Source: Saprospiraceae bacterium
GTDB taxonomy: Bacteria; Bacteroidota; Bacteroidia; Chitinophagales; Saprospiraceae
Length of the DNA stretch: 64,000 nucleotides
Assembly: GCA_016717105.1 (NCBI GenBank)
Contig: JADKGF010000001.1
Location: 23,887-87,886 of the forward strand
Direction: 5' to 3'
In this document: piece after piece, positions 60,437 to 64,000 of the stretch
How positions within the stretch are numbered: the first letter of the stretch is position 1
Layout of the letters: each line of letters begins with the position of its first letter
The notes under the pieces: model-generated
Told to the model about the DNA's origin: nothing
Database searches by the model: none
Seen by the model: only the letters and a program-made list of their open reading frames with translations
Translations under genes and position numbers: made by a program

Positions 60437-62445
60437 ATGAAATCACCCAGATTATTAGTAATTTTCCTATGTATTTATGGTTTTTTGATGGAGTCATGTG
60501 TTCCTGATACAAAAACGAAGGTGACAGAAATTCATCTTTCGGTCAACGATAAAGAAATTCAGAAAATTCTCACCTTACAAGACAATCAAGATACAAAGGC
60601 GCTGTATCCATATTTTAGAAGTGAAAATCCTACAGAACGGTACATGGCTGTTTTGGCGTTTGCTTCTATAAAAAACATAGATTCGAAGGATTCTTTAATC
60701 CTCATGTTGCAAGATCCTGTGATGCAGGTACGTGCAGCAGCAGCTTATGCATTGGGGCAAACAGGTGACACAAAAGTGACTGACAGATTGATTAGCGCCT
60801 TCAGAGGCAAAGATACTTTAGAAGTAAACAATCTTTGTAATGCGAATATCCTTGAAGCAGTAGGAAAGACAGGAAATCTCGCAGATCTCAAAGCCTTGGC
60901 TACCGTCAAAACCTATCGAAGCACAGATACTTTGTTGCTATTGGGACAAGCAAGAGCAATATTTAGAATGGCTTTACGCAATATTACATCTGATGAAGGT
61001 ACCTCCAGAATGGTGGACTTATTATATACATCAGCTATACCTTTGCAAGTAAAAATCATTGCAGCCCAATATTTTGCAAGAGCAAAAGATATCAACCTAA
61101 ATCTCTCGAAGGTAAGGCTCACAGAAATTTTCAACAAAGAACGAAACCCTGATATACGTATGGCCTTAGCTACGGGATTCGGCAAGAGCAAAGATCTAGA
61201 GTTTTACCAGCACTAAAGACGGCATTGGTTGCAGAGACAGATTATCGGGTAAAATGCAATATCCTAAGAGCTTTGACCAATTTTCCATATGCAGAAATTA
61301 AGGAATCAGTAATCAACAATTTAAAAAGTGATAATTTGCACGTTGCCATAAGTGCTGCTACCGTATTGCAAACCAATGGCTTCATAGAAGACGTTCCATT
61401 ATATGCTAGTTTTGATACCGTTACTACACCTTGGCAAGTACGTGCTTTGATGAATGGCGCCGTCCTTACCCATACTGCATTGTATTTTACGAAGAGTAAA
61501 GTAGCCTTTACGGAAAGAATTCGAAAGAATATGAAGGATGCTGACTCACCATATGAAAAAGCAGCATATGTCAACGCTATTAGCAAAGATCCATACAATT
61601 ATGCCTTGTTAGGTCAAATTTACACCAGTGAAAAAGATGCAATTATAAAAATTACCGCTTTGGAAGGAATAGGTAATATTTTGAAAAACCCATTATTTTT
61701 CAAGGCTTTTGGCAATGGATTTGGAAAGGTAAAGGCTGAAATGCTCAATATACTTGCAGCCGCTATTTCATCAGGAGATGCTGGACAAATCGCCACAGCA
61801 TCTATTATATTAAAAGATCCTGAATTGGCATGGAAAGAGTGGCTGAAAGACCTGACTTTTATGAAAGATGCGGCGGCCAAACTTAAACTTCCTCAAGAAA
61901 TAGAGACATATAACGAACTCAATTCTTGCATAGCTTATCTGGAAGGTACAGAATACAAACCGAAGACTCCAGAATTAAATCATCCTATTGACTGGACCAT
62001 CTTATCCACCGTCGGAGATTCGAGTATAGCTGCCATCAAAACGTCTCAAGGCTTGATCAGAGTAAAGTTGTATAAAAATATGGCTCCTGGTACAGTGGCA
62101 AATTTTGTGGATTTGATCAATAAGAAATATTATAATGGCAAAATATTTCACCGTGTAGTTCCAAATTTTGTGATTCAAACTGGTTGTCCTCGTGGTGATG
62201 GGTATGGCTCAGCCGATTACTCTATCCGATCCGAATTGCCCCAAATATATTATGATGGTGAAGGATACATCGGTATGGCTTCAGCCGGCAATCATACAGA
62301 AAGTACCCAATGGTTTATAACACATTCAGCCACGCCACATTTAGATGGCAACTATACCATATTTGGAAAAGTAGTAGAAGGTATGGATGTGGTACATAAA
62401 ATACAGCAAGGTGATAAAATCAATGATATCATCTTTGTAAAATAA
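60437..62445 (+). CDS. Lipoprotein with HEAT-like repeats fused to a C-terminal cyclophilin-type peptidyl-prolyl isomerase, frame broken once (ORF pieces 60437..61216 and 61225..62445)
   Basis: LVIFLCIYGFLMESC carries a lipobox. HEAT-like helices follow (VRAAAAYALGQTGD...). The PPIase core reads FHRVVPNFVIQTGCPRGDG...WFITHSATPHLDGNYTIFGKVVEGMDVV. The second frame is open before 61225 (..VLPALKTALVAETDYRVK). The junction lies within 61190-61205. One added base gives 670 codons. Confidence 0.8.
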
Positions 62446-62466
62446 GCGAAATAAAGAATTGTGAAA

Positions 62467-63087
62467 TCACAATATTCTATAGGCAACACCAAACTGGAAA
62501 TTTTGGAGTCTAGTTCGTAAATCAAATGATTCTCCAAATATGTCTGTAAAGTCCAAATCATAAAAATCGACCAAACTACCAGCAAACTGTAGGTGTACAG
62601 ACAATTTATTCATTGGAAAAACGCGCAAACCCACAAGATATGAAGCATCCGTCGGAGTGGATATTTCAATTTCTGCCTTCTGCCAAGCATCCTCTACCTT
62701 GAATGACTCTGACAATCGAAACCCAAGTCCCAATCCAGCATATACAGATATAGGATTTGCGATTTTATACTGAACTTGTGGCAAAAGGTCGAAATATTGT
62801 ATTCTTAATTTGCTTAATTCATTATTATTAGGGTCGTTTTGGAAATACCCTTTTCGTGAAAATTGGACATCAATACCTACGGACCATCTATCTGAGAGTT
62901 TGAATTCAGGTCTTACCGATAAAAAATAATTGGTAGCTGCTTCTGTTTTTATCCAAGTAAATCCTTCAGGAATATCGTCTACATTGATATTTGATAGATT
63001 CAAGCCTGCTCCTCCATGTAATTGAAATTGCGAGTGCGCATTTGTAACCATATAGAAACAAAAAATAAGAGACATTATGTATTTCAT
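62467..63087 (-). CDS. Small outer-membrane beta-barrel protein (OmpA-N/porin-like)
   Basis: Signal peptide MKYIMSLIFCFYMVTNAHSQ, followed by an alternating amphipathic strand pattern and a C-terminal ...FQFGVAYRIL. Confidence 0.65.
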   Translation of the reverse strand: MKYIMSLIFCFYMVTNAHSQFQLHGGAGLNLSNINVDDIPEGFTWIKTEAATNYFLSVRPEFKLSDRWSVGIDVQFSRKGYFQNDPNNNELSKLRIQYFDLLPQVQYKIANPISVYAGLGLGFRLSESFKVEDAWQKAEIEISTPTDASYLVGLRVFPMNKLSVHLQFAGSLVDFYDLDFTDIFGESFDLRTRLQNFQFGVAYRIL

Positions 63088-63171
63088 TGCAATTGTTTTT
63101 AGATTAGTATGAAAACGACCTTTCTAAATTTTTATTGCTATGAAAAATGTTAATGCTTGTTGCTGCTGCTC

Positions 63172-63846
63172 TTATCCTTTTTGTGGTCTGAATGGGTTAG
63201 CCCAATAAACTAATGGTCTGACTTTTTTTGTTTGAATCCAAATTTTGCCTGAGCCTCTGAATTTAGCTACAAGTCCTTCTCCTGAGAGAAATAATGATCG
63301 GTATCCGCCGATGGTCGTTATTTCATATTCCAAGCCTTCTGTAAATCCGACAATATTGCCAGTATCTACCACGTATCCATCATTAACATCAAGTTCTATA
63401 ATAGCACCATAACTATTGAAAAACAAGTCACCACGTCCACTACATTTTATCAAAAATAGTCCTTCACCAGAGAAGAAACCTTTCATAAGGCCTTGAAATT
63501 TTGACTCAACCACGACATCGGTTGACGATGCCAAAAAGCCAGAATTTTGCAAAAATATTGCTTGGTTTCCGTCTAAATAAACATGCTTTATGTCGCCTGG
63601 CATCGATGGTGCGATACCAATTCTTCCAGATCCATTTTTTGTTTTGAATTCATTTATAAAGATAGATTCTCCCGTTAAAAACCGCGATAATCCGCCTTTA
63701 AACTTCGTTTTCATCTCTATGTTTGTATCCATTGTCGCCATGGACGAGGCTTCTACCTTGATAATGGTATCCTGAGGCAATTTGACATCAATGAATGCAT
63801 AATCTGGCGCGCCTTCTATGGTATATTGTAATGAGGTATGTTCCAT
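63172..63846 (-). CDS. AIM24-family (TIGR00266/DUF124-like) protein
   Basis: ...GGLSRFLTGESIFINEF..., ...FFSGEGLFLIKCSGRGDLFFNSYGAI... and ...LFLSGEGLVAKFRGSGKIWIQT are the repeating G-E-G/beta-helix signatures of this family. Confidence 0.75.
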   Translation of the reverse strand: MEHTSLQYTIEGAPDYAFIDVKLPQDTIIKVEASSMATMDTNIEMKTKFKGGLSRFLTGESIFINEFKTKNGSGRIGIAPSMPGDIKHVYLDGNQAIFLQNSGFLASSTDVVVESKFQGLMKGFFSGEGLFLIKCSGRGDLFFNSYGAIIELDVNDGYVVDTGNIVGFTEGLEYEITTIGGYRSLFLSGEGLVAKFRGSGKIWIQTKKVRPLVYWANPFRPQKG

Positions 63847-63880
63847 TTAAATTTTACTTAAGTGATTTTGAATAGTATAT

Positions 63881-64000
63881 TTAACTTTTTATGGCCTTTA
63901 GATGTGGTGTGATTTGCTGGCCGAAACTTGTGGATGAATGAGATTGACACCAAATGCGTCCTTTACCTTTGAATTTACAAACAATACCTTCACCACCGAG
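63881..64000 (-). CDS. Second AIM24-family paralogue, C-terminal 39 codons only (N-terminus beyond the window end)
   Basis: Not in the ORF track. Hand translation of the complement gives LGGEGIVCKFKGKGRIWCQSHSSTSFGQQITPHLKAIKS*, parallel to the C-terminus of the neighbouring gene. Confidence 0.6.
   Translation of the reverse strand, partial: LGGEGIVCKFKGKGRIWCQSHSSTSFGQQITPHLKAIKS

Noticed and set aside
3367-62445. Programmed ribosomal frameshifting at the A/T runs that split mnmE, the fad fusion, purL, CotH, paralogue B and the HEAT-PPIase.
   Set aside because: These families are not known to use recoding. The sites share no common slippery heptamer or downstream structure. All the shifts require the same one-base correction, and the intact paralogue A has one more T at the same site. 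An assembly error is the simpler explanation.
1-64000. Search for tRNA, rRNA, tmRNA, CRISPR repeats and defence-system genes.
   Set aside because: No GC-rich cloverleaf-like segments or regularly spaced repeats appear in any spacer. No nuclease, helicase, methylase or reverse-transcriptase-like ORFs were seen. smpB is present, but no ssrA-like sequence is adjacent.

Overview
This is a 64-kb chromosomal segment that looks like Bacteroidota. The evidence is many T9SS C-terminal sorting domains, Bacteroidota-typical DUF families, the glgA-like/DUF4270/glmS gene order, TAnnTTTG-type promoter boxes, and AT-rich sequence by eye. I support about 50 protein genes. Most are housekeeping: mnmE, a beta-oxidation pair plus an acyl-CoA dehydrogenase, pth, glmS, purL, gltX, nadB and smpB. 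Secreted and envelope genes sit between them. I saw no rRNA, tRNA, CRISPR array, transposase or integrase.

Main observations:
1. A 2.9-kb open-ended ORF at the window start is missing from the ORF track.
2. Seven conserved genes are each split by exactly one missing base, mostly in A/T homopolymers. This is most likely an assembly artefact, so I annotate the split ORFs as single genes.
3. A ~3.9-kb gene for a ~1300-aa T9SS cargo protein of unknown function is tandemly duplicated, with mosaic identity between the copies.
4. Directly downstream on the same strand lies an FNR-type flavoprotein plus radical SAM/SPASM pair. It converges on a translationally coupled PAP2-CPBP-SDR operon. I consider this neighbourhood (44.7-57.1 kb) the best candidate for an undescribed system, but its function is inference only.
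5. An ECF-sigma envelope module sits divergent from an HtrA protease.
6. A perfect 25-nt palindrome lies between mnmE and the beta-oxidation operon.
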